NCBI GenBank assembly: GCA_031430155.1
Contig: JANPAY010000356.1
Coordinates: forward strand, 1 to 31,388
Length of the DNA stretch: 31,388 bases
DNA from: Comamonadaceae bacterium
Lineage (GTDB): Bacteria > Pseudomonadota > Gammaproteobacteria > Burkholderiales > Burkholderiaceae_C
Direction of reading: 5' to 3'
Each line of letters opens with the position of its first letter. The stretch's first letter is position 1. Of this stretch, positions 9,212 to 19,112 are shown piece after piece. The notes beneath the pieces are model-generated. The model saw nothing but the letters and a program-made list of their open reading frames with translations, did no database searches and was not told where the DNA came from. A program made the translations under genes and the position numbers.

Positions 9212-9693
9212 ATGCCGAACAGCTTTATGCAGATTTACGTGATGGATTGGAGTCTTGGAGAAGCACTACCACCCAATGGGTGGGTATTGCATCAGGCGGT
9301 GCTTGGATGGCGGAGCGCTTGCAGCAAGACTGGGGTTTGGACAAGATCGGCATCATCTCCAGCTCCATGCACCGAGACGATTACCTTCGCCGAGGCAGTA
9401 AGGCCGCTAGCTCGCGGACAGAATCCACGAGCCTGCCGTTTGATGTGACGGGTTCGCACATCGTGCTGTTAGACGATGTGCTCTACACGGGCCGCACCAT
9501 ACGCGCCGTGATGAATGAACTGTTTGACTACGGAAGACCTGCCAGCGTGCGCCTTGCGGTGCTTGTGGACCGCGGTGGGCGTGAACTGCCACTACAAGCA
9601 GATTTTGCCTCGCAGAAGGCACAGATGAATCCAACAGAATCGATTCGACTGATCCGTATGGCAGATGACACCTTTTCGTTTGAGCGAAAATAG
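9208..9693 (+). CDS. pyrR: PyrR-like phosphoribosyltransferase
   Basis: PRPP-binding VLLDDVLYTGRT and LVDRGGRELP motifs; located before pyrB. Confidence 0.88.
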   Translation: MNAEQLYADLRDGLESWRSTTTQWVGIASGGAWMAERLQQDWGLDKIGIISSSMHRDDYLRRGSKAASSRTESTSLPFDVTGSHIVLLDDVLYTGRTIRAVMNELFDYGRPASVRLAVLVDRGGRELPLQADFASQKAQMNPTESIRLIRMADDTFSFERK

Positions 9694-9702
9694 ACCTATA
9701 AG

Positions 9703-10677
9703 ATGAAAAATCCTCAACTCAACAAAAACGGCGAGCTGATTCATTTGCTTTCGACTGAAGGGCTACCGAAAGACATACTGACGCATATTTTGGATACGGC
9801 GGCTAACTTTGCCAGTATCAATGACCGCGAAGTGAAGAAGTTACCCCTGCTACGGGGTAAAACAGTTTTCAATCTTTTCTTTGAAAACTCAACCCGTACG
9901 CGAACCACGTTTGAGATTGCTGCAACACGCCTTTCGGCCGACGTGATGAACTTGGATATTGCGCGTTCTTCAGCCTCCAAAGGTGAGTCCTTACTGGACA
10001 CTATTGCCAATCTAACTGCCATGGCGGCAGATATCTTTGTGGTTCGCCATAGTGAATCGGGTGCCCCGTATTTAATTGCCCAGCATCTGCCGCCGCATAT
10101 TCACGTGGTAAATGCGGGTGATGGTCGCCACGCCCACCCGACACAGGGCTTGCTAGACATGCTGACAATTCGGCACTACAAAAAAGATTTTTCTAATCTC
10201 ACGGTTGCCATTGTTGGCGATGTGTTGCATTCACGCGTTGCGCGAAGCGATATCCATGCACTCACAACACTGGGCTGCGCTGAGGTGCGTGTGGTGGGGC
10301 CCAAGACGCTGGTGCCTTCGGACATGGCGGCACTCGGCGTACGAGTGTGTCATAGCCTGCAAGAGGGCATCACAGGTGCTGATGTTGTCATCATGTTGCG
10401 TTTGCAAAATGAACGCATGAGTGGAGCACTCTTGCCAAGCTCGCACGAATTTTTTAAGAGTTATGGTCTTACGCAAGAAAAACTTCAATGGGCAAAACCA
10501 GACGCGATCGTCATGCACCCAGGCCCGATTAATCGGGGTGTCGAGATTGACTCTGCGGTTGTGGACGGCGCACAAAGTGTGATCCTGCCACAGGTGGGAT
10601 TTGGTATCGCGGTACGCATGGCGGTCATGAGTATCGTCGCGAGCAACGAAGGCGATCACAAAGGGGTGGTCAAATGA
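9703..10677 (+). CDS. pyrB: Aspartate carbamoyltransferase catalytic subunit
   Basis: [22 protein letters not shown] and HPGP motifs. Confidence 0.96.
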   Translation: MKNPQLNKNGELIHLLSTEGLPKDILTHILDTAANFASINDREVKKLPLLRGKTVFNLFFENSTRTRTTFEIAATRLSADVMNLDIARSSASKGESLLDTIANLTAMAADIFVVRHSESGAPYLIAQHLPPHIHVVNAGDGRHAHPTQGLLDMLTIRHYKKDFSNLTVAIVGDVLHSRVARSDIHALTTLGCAEVRVVGPKTLVPSDMAALGVRVCHSLQEGITGADVVIMLRLQNERMSGALLPSSHEFFKSYGLTQEKLQWAKPDAIVMHPGPINRGVEIDSAVVDGAQSVILPQVGFGIAVRMAVMSIVASNEGDHKGVVK

Positions 10678-11954
10678 AGATACTGATTCAAGGTGGTCGC
10701 ATTATTGACCCGAAAAGCGGTCTCGATAAACAAGGCGATATTGCTGTGGAGGGTGGCCGCATTGCCGCGCTAGGCCAAGTACAGCAAGGCTTTGAGCCTG
10801 ATAAAGTGATTGACGCTCGCGGCTGCTGGGTGATTCCAGGCCTAATTGATTTGAATGCTCGGCTGGGTGAACCTGGCGGCGAACATGCGCACATGCTGCA
10901 ATCCGAACTCATGGCAGCAGGCGCGGGCGGCGTGACATCAGTGGTCTGTCCACCCGATACATTACCAGTGTTGGATGAGCCTGGCCTAGTAGAGATGTTG
11001 AAGTTCCGTGCCCAAAAACGCCATGCAGCGCGGGTGTTCCCGCTAGGTGCACTCACACGTGGTTTGCTGGGCGAATCGCTGACCGCGATGATGGAATTGG
11101 CCGACGCGGGTTGCGTGGGATTTGGTCAAGCCGATATGCCTGTGATGAATACACAGACCTTGCAACGAGCCATGCAATATGCATCGACACATGGCTACAC
11201 GACATGGCTCAGGCCACAAGATACATGGCTTGGCAAGGGTGTTGCCGCCAGCGGGGCTTATGCCACAAGGCTTGGGCTTGCAGGTGTGCCTGTAATGGCG
11301 GAAACGATTGCGCTGCAAACTATTTTTGATTTGGTACGCGCGACCTCTGCGCATGTTCATGTGCAGCGCATTAGTAGCGCAGCGGGTGTGGCGTTGATGA
11401 AAGCGGCTAAGGCCGAGGGTTTGCCCATTACGGCAGATGTCAGTATGAATTCGCTCTTCTTGGTCGATAACGACATTGGTTTTTTTGATAGCCGTATGCG
11501 TTTGTCGCCACCCCTGCGCGGTGCGCGTGATCGCGAGGCCTTGCGAGCAGGCTTGCTGGATGGCACGATTGATGCCATCGTCTCCGATCACACACCTGTC
11601 AGCGAAGACGGAAAAGCACTTCCATTTGCCGAGGCCGAAGTGGGCGCAACGGGACTAGAGCTGCTTCTTAATCTCGTGCTTCGCTTGGCTCTGGACATGA
11701 AGTTGAGTACAGCTGATGCGCTTAAGCTTGTCACGCTGAGACCTGCCAAGGTTTTGGAGAAAGACAGTATTGGTCATCTTAGTCTGCATGGACAGGCGGA
11801 TGTGGTGGTATTTGATCCGCGTATGCACTGGACGGTAGGTGCTAAGCAGTTACTTAGCCAAGGTAAACACACGCCGTTCTCCGGCTTTGAAATGCAAGGC
11901 AAAGTCAAAGCCACCGTGGTCAACGGACATCTTGCATACGAACAAGGCGCATGA
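10674..11954 (+). CDS. pyrC: Dihydroorotase-like protein (probable inactive PyrC')
   Basis: Amidohydrolase fold next to pyr[10 protein letters not shown] replaces the HxH metal motif; SDHTP is retained. Confidence 0.85.
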   Translation: MKILIQGGRIIDPKSGLDKQGDIAVEGGRIAALGQVQQGFEPDKVIDARGCWVIPGLIDLNARLGEPGGEHAHMLQSELMAAGAGGVTSVVCPPDTLPVLDEPGLVEMLKFRAQKRHAARVFPLGALTRGLLGESLTAMMELADAGCVGFGQADMPVMNTQTLQRAMQYASTHGYTTWLRPQDTWLGKGVAASGAYATRLGLAGVPVMAETIALQTIFDLVRATSAHVHVQRISSAAGVALMKAAKAEGLPITADVSMNSLFLVDNDIGFFDSRMRLSPPLRGARDREALRAGLLDGTIDAIVSDHTPVSEDGKALPFAEAEVGATGLELLLNLVLRLALDMKLSTADALKLVTLRPAKVLEKDSIGHLSLHGQADVVVFDPRMHWTVGAKQLLSQGKHTPFSGFEMQGKVKATVVNGHLAYEQGA

Positions 11955-11964
11955 GTAGGACTGA

Positions 11965-12684
11965 ATGAGAGCCGCTTATCGATTGGCTTGTGCCGTACTG
12001 CACTTACTGCGCGGTTATTGGATTATCAAAACGCGGTTTGCAAAAATATCGCACAAGGAGCGTGCAGACCATGTTCAGCAGTGGTCGGCGCAGTTGATCG
12101 CGGTACTCGGTATTCAGCTTCGTGTGTTTGGTGTGCCCATTCAAAGCGGACTCTTGGTTGCCAATCACATCTCCTGGTTAGACAACGTTGCCATTCACGC
12201 CGCTCACTTCTGCCGTTTTGTGGCCAAATCAGACATTAAAGACTGGCCCTTGATTGGCTACCTCACCGACCAATCGGGCATGTTGTTTGTAGAGCGCACC
12301 AGCCGCAAAGACTCGCATCGGGTAGTGCAAACGGTGGCTGAGCAGCTGCGCAAAGGCGATTGTGTGGCGGTGTTCCCTGAAGGCACTACGGGCGTGGGAC
12401 GTGAGCTATTGCCGTTTCACGCCAACATGATTCAAAGTGCGATTGATGCAGAAGCCAAAGTTCAACCTATTGCGATTCGGTTTACCGATACAGCTACTGG
12501 CGAGCAAAGCTTTGTGCCGTGCTTTGTCGGCGAGGATACGCTCTTTCAGTCCGTTTGGCGAACTTTGAACGCGAAAAGTATTACGGTGACTCTGCAGTTT
12601 GGCGCGCCGCAAACGACCCAGTCGCGGGATAGACGCACTTGGGCACATGACCTGCGTGCCAGCATTCATACAATGCTCATATGA
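11965..12684 (+). CDS. Lysophospholipid acyltransferase (PlsC family)
   Basis: NHISWLD (HX4D) and FPEGTT motifs. Confidence 0.88.
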   Translation: MRAAYRLACAVLHLLRGYWIIKTRFAKISHKERADHVQQWSAQLIAVLGIQLRVFGVPIQSGLLVANHISWLDNVAIHAAHFCRFVAKSDIKDWPLIGYLTDQSGMLFVERTSRKDSHRVVQTVAEQLRKGDCVAVFPEGTTGVGRELLPFHANMIQSAIDAEAKVQPIAIRFTDTATGEQSFVPCFVGEDTLFQSVWRTLNAKSITVTLQFGAPQTTQSRDRRTWAHDLRASIHTMLI

Positions 12685-13255
12685 CTGAAATCGCCACGCC
12701 CTCAAACTTTAAATTTTGTCCTCAGTGCGGGACTGGCTTATCTTGGATCAGCGCAGAGGAAGATGGCGGCGCCAAATCCCGCTGGCGCTGCGCGGCTTGT
12801 AGTTTTGTGCACTGGAACAACCCAACGCCTGTGCTGGCTGCCGTTGTTGAAATAAAAGAGACGGGGCAAATTTTGCTGGCGCGCAATGCGGCATGGAGCG
12901 GTAAATTTTTTGCGCTTATCACTGGCTTTATGGAGGCAGGTGAGTCGCCGAAGGAAGGCATCGCGCGCGAGGTGAAAGAAGAAACCAATCTTGACGTGAG
13001 CGAACTCAATCTCATTGGTGCGTACGACTTTAAGCGTATGAACCAAGTCATCATTGCGTACCATGTGATTGCCAGCGGCGAGGTTATCCTGTCGCCAGAG
13101 CTTGCGGAATATAGGCTTTTTTCTCCTGAAGACTTAAAATGTTGGCGTGCTGGAACGGGTTACGCACTTGCCGATTGGTTAGTCACAAAGGGCATCACAC
13201 CGCAATTTGTCGAACTACCGCCCAAGCCCGATGCAACTTATACAAAAGACTCAGA

Positions 13256-13259
<4 letters not shown>
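12681..13259 (+). CDS. Nudix hydrolase with N-terminal zinc ribbon
   Basis: CPQC...CAAC and the Nudix box GFMEAGESPKEGIAREVKEETNL. Confidence 0.88.
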
Positions 13260-14226
<967 letters not shown>

Positions 14227-14227
<1 letters not shown>

Positions 14228-14898
14228 TATCCCTTTTGTAGCAGGTGGTAGCAAACCATGCCAGCCTTACCCTGGCGGGTGACCGACAGTTCAAACGGCG
14301 CTAGCTCCTCGTTCGTCCACAGACGATTTGACTCCAAATACACAAATCCCTGTGGCTTTGTGATGCGAGATGCGGCTTTAAGCGCGGGCATAAACAAGTC
14401 TGAACCAAAGGGAGGATCTAAAAACACCACGTCAGCGCTAGTGACGGCAAGCTTGCTCAATTGTGCAATCGCATCACCTTGAACGATTTGGATATTATGT
14501 GCGGCAAGCTTAGTCCGCAGGCCAATCAGGGAGCGGCATAGCGAAGGGTCTTGCTCGCAGACCAATACGGATGTGGCTTTGCGCGATGCCGCCTCAAAAC
14601 CGAGTGCTCCAGTGCCAGCAAAGGCATCGACTACGTTTAGTCCCGTGAGGTCTTGCCCGAGCCAGTTGAATAGGGTTTCTCGCACGCGGTTTGGCGTAGG
14701 GCGAAGGCCTTCGATGCTAGCGACGGCGAGTAAGCTGCGTTTCCACTGTCCGCCAATGATTCTGATCTCAGAAGAACCCCCCTGTCGCTTTGCGACATCC
14801 CCCCTGCCGTGCAGGGGAGAACTTTGTTTTTTAGTTTGCCCCTGCACGGCAGGGGAAATGTCAGCACGAGCTGACAAAGGGGTTCTTCCGTTTTTCAT
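14227..14898 (-). CDS. rsmD: 16S rRNA m2G966 methyltransferase with repeat-derived N-terminal extension
   Basis: IRIIGGQWK, LRPTPNRVRETLFNWL, DAFAGTGALG and FLDPPF motifs; ATGA overlap with apbC. Confidence 0.92.
14771..14888. repeat. Inverted doublet of REP-like double-hairpin units (REPIN/BIME-like)
   Basis: Terminal IR GAAGAACCCC/GGGGTTCTTC. CCCCTGCCGTGCAGGGG (14801-14817) and its exact reverse complement (14839-14855). Internal hairpins TGTCGC-TTT-GCGACA and TGTCAGC-ACGA-GCTGACA. Confidence 0.85.
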
Positions 14899-15995
14899 GT
14901 CTCTTTCGAGATACTGATCGTTGGGAATTTACTAGAAAAATCTTTGGCTTTATGCGCAATCTTGACGGCCACTTGGCGCGCAATTGCTTTGTAAATAGCG
15001 GAGACATCGCCGTCTGGATCGGCCACGACGGTGGGTTTCCCACTATCGGCTTCTTGGCGAATTTGAATATTGAGTGGCAGCGCGCCTAAATAGTCCATAC
15101 CGTAGTCAGCCGCCATTTTTTTGCCGCCATCGACGCCAAAAATGTGCTCTATATGCCCGCAGTTGCTGCATACATGTACGGCCATATTTTCTACAACGCC
15201 CAAAATCGGCACGCCGACCTTTTCAAACATCTTGATGCCTTTTTTAGCATCCAGCAGCGCAATATCTTGCGGCGTAGTCACAATCACTGCGCCCGTCATG
15301 GGGACGCGCTGCGAGAGCGTGAGCGCAATGTCGCCCGTGCCAGGTGGCATGTCCACGATTAAATAGTCCAAATTACCCCAATTGGTTTGACGCAAAAGTT
15401 GCTCTAGCGCCTGTGTTGCCATAGGGCCACGCCAAATCATGGCTTCGTCTTTGTCAATCAAAAAGCCAATCGACATGACTTGCACGCCGTAGTTCTCCAT
15501 CGGATCCATGGTTTTACCGTCTTCGGACTCGGGGCGGCCTTCAATGCCCATCATCATCGGCTGAGAAGGGCCGTAAATGTCCGCATCCAAAATGCCAACC
15601 GATGCGCCTTCAGCGGCCAAGGCTAATGCCAAATTGACAGCGGTTGTGCTTTTGCCTACGCCGCCTTTGCCAGACGCCACGGCAACAATATTTTTGACGT
15701 TTGGCAGAAGCGCCACACCGCGCTGCGCCGCATGGGCAGCGACTTTGGTCGAAATTTGCACCGAAACGTTATTAACGCCTGCAACCGTTTTTGCAGCGGC
15801 AATCAAAGCACGGCGCAGGAGTGCGTGCTGGCTTTTGGCTGGATAGCCCATCACCAAATCAAACGCGACATCGCCATTGGCAAAGCTCAAGTTTTTAATT
15901 TGCTTGGTAGAGACAAAATCTTTGCCAGTGTTAGCGTCTAAAACAGCGGCTAGGGCTGCCAGCATTTGGTTTGTTTGAGTTGTGGTGTCGGTCAT
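14895..15995 (-). CDS. apbC: Iron-sulfur cluster carrier protein ApbC/Mrp
   Basis: GKGGVGKST, DADIYGPS, DMPPGTGD and ENM...CSNC motifs. Start set at ATG 15995 (MTDTTTQ). Confidence 0.95.
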   Translation of the reverse strand: MTDTTTQTNQMLAALAAVLDANTGKDFVSTKQIKNLSFANGDVAFDLVMGYPAKSQHALLRRALIAAAKTVAGVNNVSVQISTKVAAHAAQRGVALLPNVKNIVAVASGKGGVGKSTTAVNLALALAAEGASVGILDADIYGPSQPMMMGIEGRPESEDGKTMDPMENYGVQVMSIGFLIDKDEAMIWRGPMATQALEQLLRQTNWGNLDYLIVDMPPGTGDIALTLSQRVPMTGAVIVTTPQDIALLDAKKGIKMFEKVGVPILGVVENMAVHVCSNCGHIEHIFGVDGGKKMAADYGMDYLGALPLNIQIRQEADSGKPTVVADPDGDVSAIYKAIARQVAVKIAHKAKDFSSKFPTISISKET

Positions 15996-16038
15996 AGAGG
16001 TGAATTGTAGTTGCGGCAACGTCCGTGATAATGCGCCC
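15996..16038. promoter_or_regulatory. Putative divergent promoters (-10 TACAAT on minus at 16004-16009; GATAAT on plus at 16027-16032)
   Basis: 43 bp spacer. The hexamers are 8 and 6 nt from the respective ATGs, with no SD motif. Confidence 0.5.
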
Positions 16039-16569
16039 ATGCAAGCCTCACCAGACAACACCATTCAAGTCGCCGTCACGATGAGACGAGTGCCTAATAC
16101 GGGCGCTGCATCGCGCTGGGAGTCTCACCGCTGGGAACTTGCCAGTGTGATGCCTGTAGATGAACCTTTGCAGCCTTTAGCGACCGATAATTTGCTTGTG
16201 CGCGGCCCATTTGATGTCACTTTGTTTAAAGACGATGCGCAAGGCTACCGCTTGAATGCCGACAGTCCCGCACCCTGCTGGTTTGTGATGTGGCGCATGG
16301 AGTCTGGGGATGAGCACCCTGATGTGCAGGCGGTATCACTGAGTTATCACGACGCAGGACGATGGTTAGATTCTCAGGAGCGAGTTGATCAAGTGCCTGC
16401 GCCGCAAGAAGTCGTGCTCACGATTCGCGAGTTTGCCGATGCGCACGACATTCCCGACGTCAAACGCCGAAAAAGGCCGGATAGCTTTAAGTTGCTCACC
16501 GATCGCTTTGGCAAGCCAGCTGCCGTATCAACCATGAAGACGTTTGGAGCACAGCAGCATGGCGGCTGA
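16039..16569 (+). CDS. DUF3305-like protein (FDH cluster accessory)
   Basis: VAVTMRR...SRW...W, LFKDDAQGYRLN, WFVMWR and KRRKRP motifs; typical position upstream of fdh genes. Confidence 0.78.
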   Translation: MQASPDNTIQVAVTMRRVPNTGAASRWESHRWELASVMPVDEPLQPLATDNLLVRGPFDVTLFKDDAQGYRLNADSPAPCWFVMWRMESGDEHPDVQAVSLSYHDAGRWLDSQERVDQVPAPQEVVLTIREFADAHDIPDVKRRKRPDSFKLLTDRFGKPAAVSTMKTFGAQQHGG

Positions 16570-17116
16570 ACAAGTTCCAGGTTTTTTAGGGCGATGGTCA
16601 TCCCGTAAGGCAGCAGTGCGCGAAGGCAAGCCCGTGGCTGAGCCAGCCTCAGACGTAGCCCCGCAAGCCACGCCTGTATTGGCCTCCACGGCAGTGCCTG
16701 ATTTGCCGACGTTAACCTTAGACGACGTTAGTGCGCTGACGCCCGCTTCCGATTTCAGCGGGTTTGTGGCTAAAGGTGTCGACTCTGCTGTCAAAAACGC
16801 AGCGATGAAAAAGCTGTTTACCGATCCGCACTACAACATCATGGATGGTCTCGACATCTACATAGGCGACTACAGTACGCACGCTCCAATGCCACAATCC
16901 GTCATTGACGAAATAACCAAAGATGGTTTTTTAAATATGTTTCAAAAGGAAGAAATTCCTATCGAGAAAGCCGCCGCACATGACAACCCTGATTTGCAAT
17001 TGCAACGAGACGATGCCGCTAGACGCGAAGGCGCTATCGATGGCGCTCTCAAACCACTTGAAGATGCCGCAGGACTTGAAGCTGCACAACCTCTTGTGCC
17101 GCCGCCAAGCACCTGA
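16559..17116 (+). CDS. DUF3306-like protein (FDH cluster accessory)
   Basis: GFLGRWSSRK, DFSGFV, AMKKLFTDPHYNIMDGLDIYIGDYS motifs. Confidence 0.78.
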   Translation: MAAEQVPGFLGRWSSRKAAVREGKPVAEPASDVAPQATPVLASTAVPDLPTLTLDDVSALTPASDFSGFVAKGVDSAVKNAAMKKLFTDPHYNIMDGLDIYIGDYSTHAPMPQSVIDEITKDGFLNMFQKEEIPIEKAAAHDNPDLQLQRDDAARREGAIDGALKPLEDAAGLEAAQPLVPPPST

Positions 17117-19112
17117 GTTTCAGCGCGCCATCGTGGATGTGGCCAAGCGAGCCGATCCATCCGAGAACATTGTGGTGGCATGCACGCAAGAGCAGCGCTT
17201 GTTTAGTGAGCTTGCTCTAGCAACTGAGGGCGCGCAAACACTCTCGGCGCCTATTAAATTTATCAATATCCGCGAGAGTGGCGGTTGGAGTAAAGATGCG
17301 TCCAAAGCTAGCCCGAAGCTGGCGGCGCTATTGGCTGCGGCGCATTTGCCAGATCCAGAACCTGTGAGTACGGTCACCTACAAAAGCGCTGGACGGTTGC
17401 TGATTGTGGGCGAACTGGGGCAAGCCGAGCAAGCGGCAACGCTCTTGGGCGATGCATTAGCTGTGACGATCTTTTCTACTAGTGCTAAAGACGGCGGTGC
17501 TCAAAATCGCGATCACACCATCATTAGCGGCACAAAGCCTGCGCTTTCGGGTTGGCTGGGGGCATTCAAGTTCGCGTGGCAAACCAGCAACCCGATTGAC
17601 CTAGATTTATGCACCCGCTGCAACGCCTGCGTAGTGGCTTGCCCAGAAGGCGCGATTGGTTTTGACTATCAAATTGACATGAACAAATGCCAGTCGCACC
17701 GCGCTTGCGTACGCGCTTGCGATGCCGCTGGCGCGATCGACTTTGGCCGTGCAACAGTAGGTCATGAGCAGGCTTTTGATGTGGTTTTAGACTTATCTGC
17801 TGAACCGCTAATCGACTGGCACGCCGCGCCGCAGGGCTACTTTAAAGAGCCTAATGCCGCTACTTTGATGAAGCTGCAAGGCATGGTGGGAGAATTCGAA
17901 AAACCTAAGTTCTTCAACTACAAACAGAAAATTTGCGCCCATAGCCGGAATACGACCGTGGGCTGCAATGCCTGCGTTGAGGTGTGCTCGGCTCACGCGA
18001 TTTCTAGCGACACCAAGCGCCAGCAAATTGTGGTTAATCCCAATCTGTGCGTGGGCTGCGGGGCCTGCACCACGGTTTGCCCGACGGGCGCATTGACTTA
18101 TACCTATCCGCGTGCGACTGACCAAGGTGCTAAGCTAAAAACGCTTTTAACAACCTATGCAAAGGCGGGCGGCAGGGACGCAACGCTTTTGCTGCACAGC
18201 CAAACGGCGGGGCAGCAGGCCATTGAAGCACTCGGGCGAGCAGCTCAGCTCAAAAAAACAAAAGGCGTACCGTATAACGTCATTCCCGTTGCTTTGTGGC
18301 ATACGGCCAGCACGGGTATCGAAATGTGGTTATCGAGTATTTGTTTGGGCGCTAGCAAAGTTGCGGTGATGCTGACAGATGAGGAAGCGCCCGATTACAT
18401 CCGGGCTCTGACCGAGCAAATGGCGGTGGCGCAGGGTATCTTGAATGGGCTGGGCTACACAGGAACGCACTTTCATTTGATCCAATCGGGGACGGAATTG
18501 ACGGTATTGGACGATGCGTTGCAGGCCACGTCTAATATGGCCTGCAGCGCACCATCCTCTGTAGCCCGCTTCGGTATTGGGTTGGAGAAGCGTGCCACTT
18601 TGGAGATGGCGCTAGACCATTTGATGCAGTTCGCCCCAGCCCTCAAACTACCAGCACCTCCTGACTCGATTAGTTTGCCTACCAGCGGTTCTCCGTTTGG
18701 CGCCATCCAAGTAGATGCCGCTAAATGCACCATGTGCTTGTCCTGTGTCAGCAGCTGCCCCGCAGGTGCGCTCAAAGACAACTCGGAGTTGTTGCAACTG
18801 CAGTTCATCGAGAAGAATTGCGTTCAATGTGGCCTGTGCGAGCAAACCTGTCCAGAACAAGCCATCCAACTTGTGCCCCAGCTCTTGCTGAGCGAACAGC
18901 GTAAGGAGCCTAGGGCGCTTAACACCGCCAAGATGTTTCACTGCATACGCTGCTCCAAGCCGTTTGGCACAGAGATGGCGATCACGCAAATGTTGACCAA
19001 GTTGGTGGGTCACAGCATGTTTCAAGGTGCAGCAGCCGAGCGCCTGAAAATGTGCATGGACTGCCGCGTGATTGATTTGCACTCAGCCGATAACGAATTA
19101 AAAATCAAATGA
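16980..19112 (+). CDS. Polyferredoxin / multi-[4Fe-4S] protein
   Basis: Six ferredoxin-type Cys motifs (one with His, one with an extended spacer), a terminal CxxC...CxxC and an N-terminal CNC; 710 aa. Confidence 0.88.
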   Translation: MTTLICNCNETMPLDAKALSMALSNHLKMPQDLKLHNLLCRRQAPEFQRAIVDVAKRADPSENIVVACTQEQRLFSELALATEGAQTLSAPIKFINIRESGGWSKDASKASPKLAALLAAAHLPDPEPVSTVTYKSAGRLLIVGELGQAEQAATLLGDALAVTIFSTSAKDGGAQNRDHTIISGTKPALSGWLGAFKFAWQTSNPIDLDLCTRCNACVVACPEGAIGFDYQIDMNKCQSHRACVRACDAAGAIDFGRATVGHEQAFDVVLDLSAEPLIDWHAAPQGYFKEPNAATLMKLQGMVGEFEKPKFFNYKQKICAHSRNTTVGCNACVEVCSAHAISSDTKRQQIVVNPNLCVGCGACTTVCPTGALTYTYPRATDQGAKLKTLLTTYAKAGGRDATLLLHSQTAGQQAIEALGRAAQLKKTKGVPYNVIPVALWHTASTGIEMWLSSICLGASKVAVMLTDEEAPDYIRALTEQMAVAQGILNGLGYTGTHFHLIQSGTELTVLDDALQATSNMACSAPSSVARFGIGLEKRATLEMALDHLMQFAPALKLPAPPDSISLPTSGSPFGAIQVDAAKCTMCLSCVSSCPAGALKDNSELLQLQFIEKNCVQCGLCEQTCPEQAIQLVPQLLLSEQRKEPRALNTAKMFHCIRCSKPFGTEMAITQMLTKLVGHSMFQGAAAERLKMCMDCRVIDLHSADNELKIK

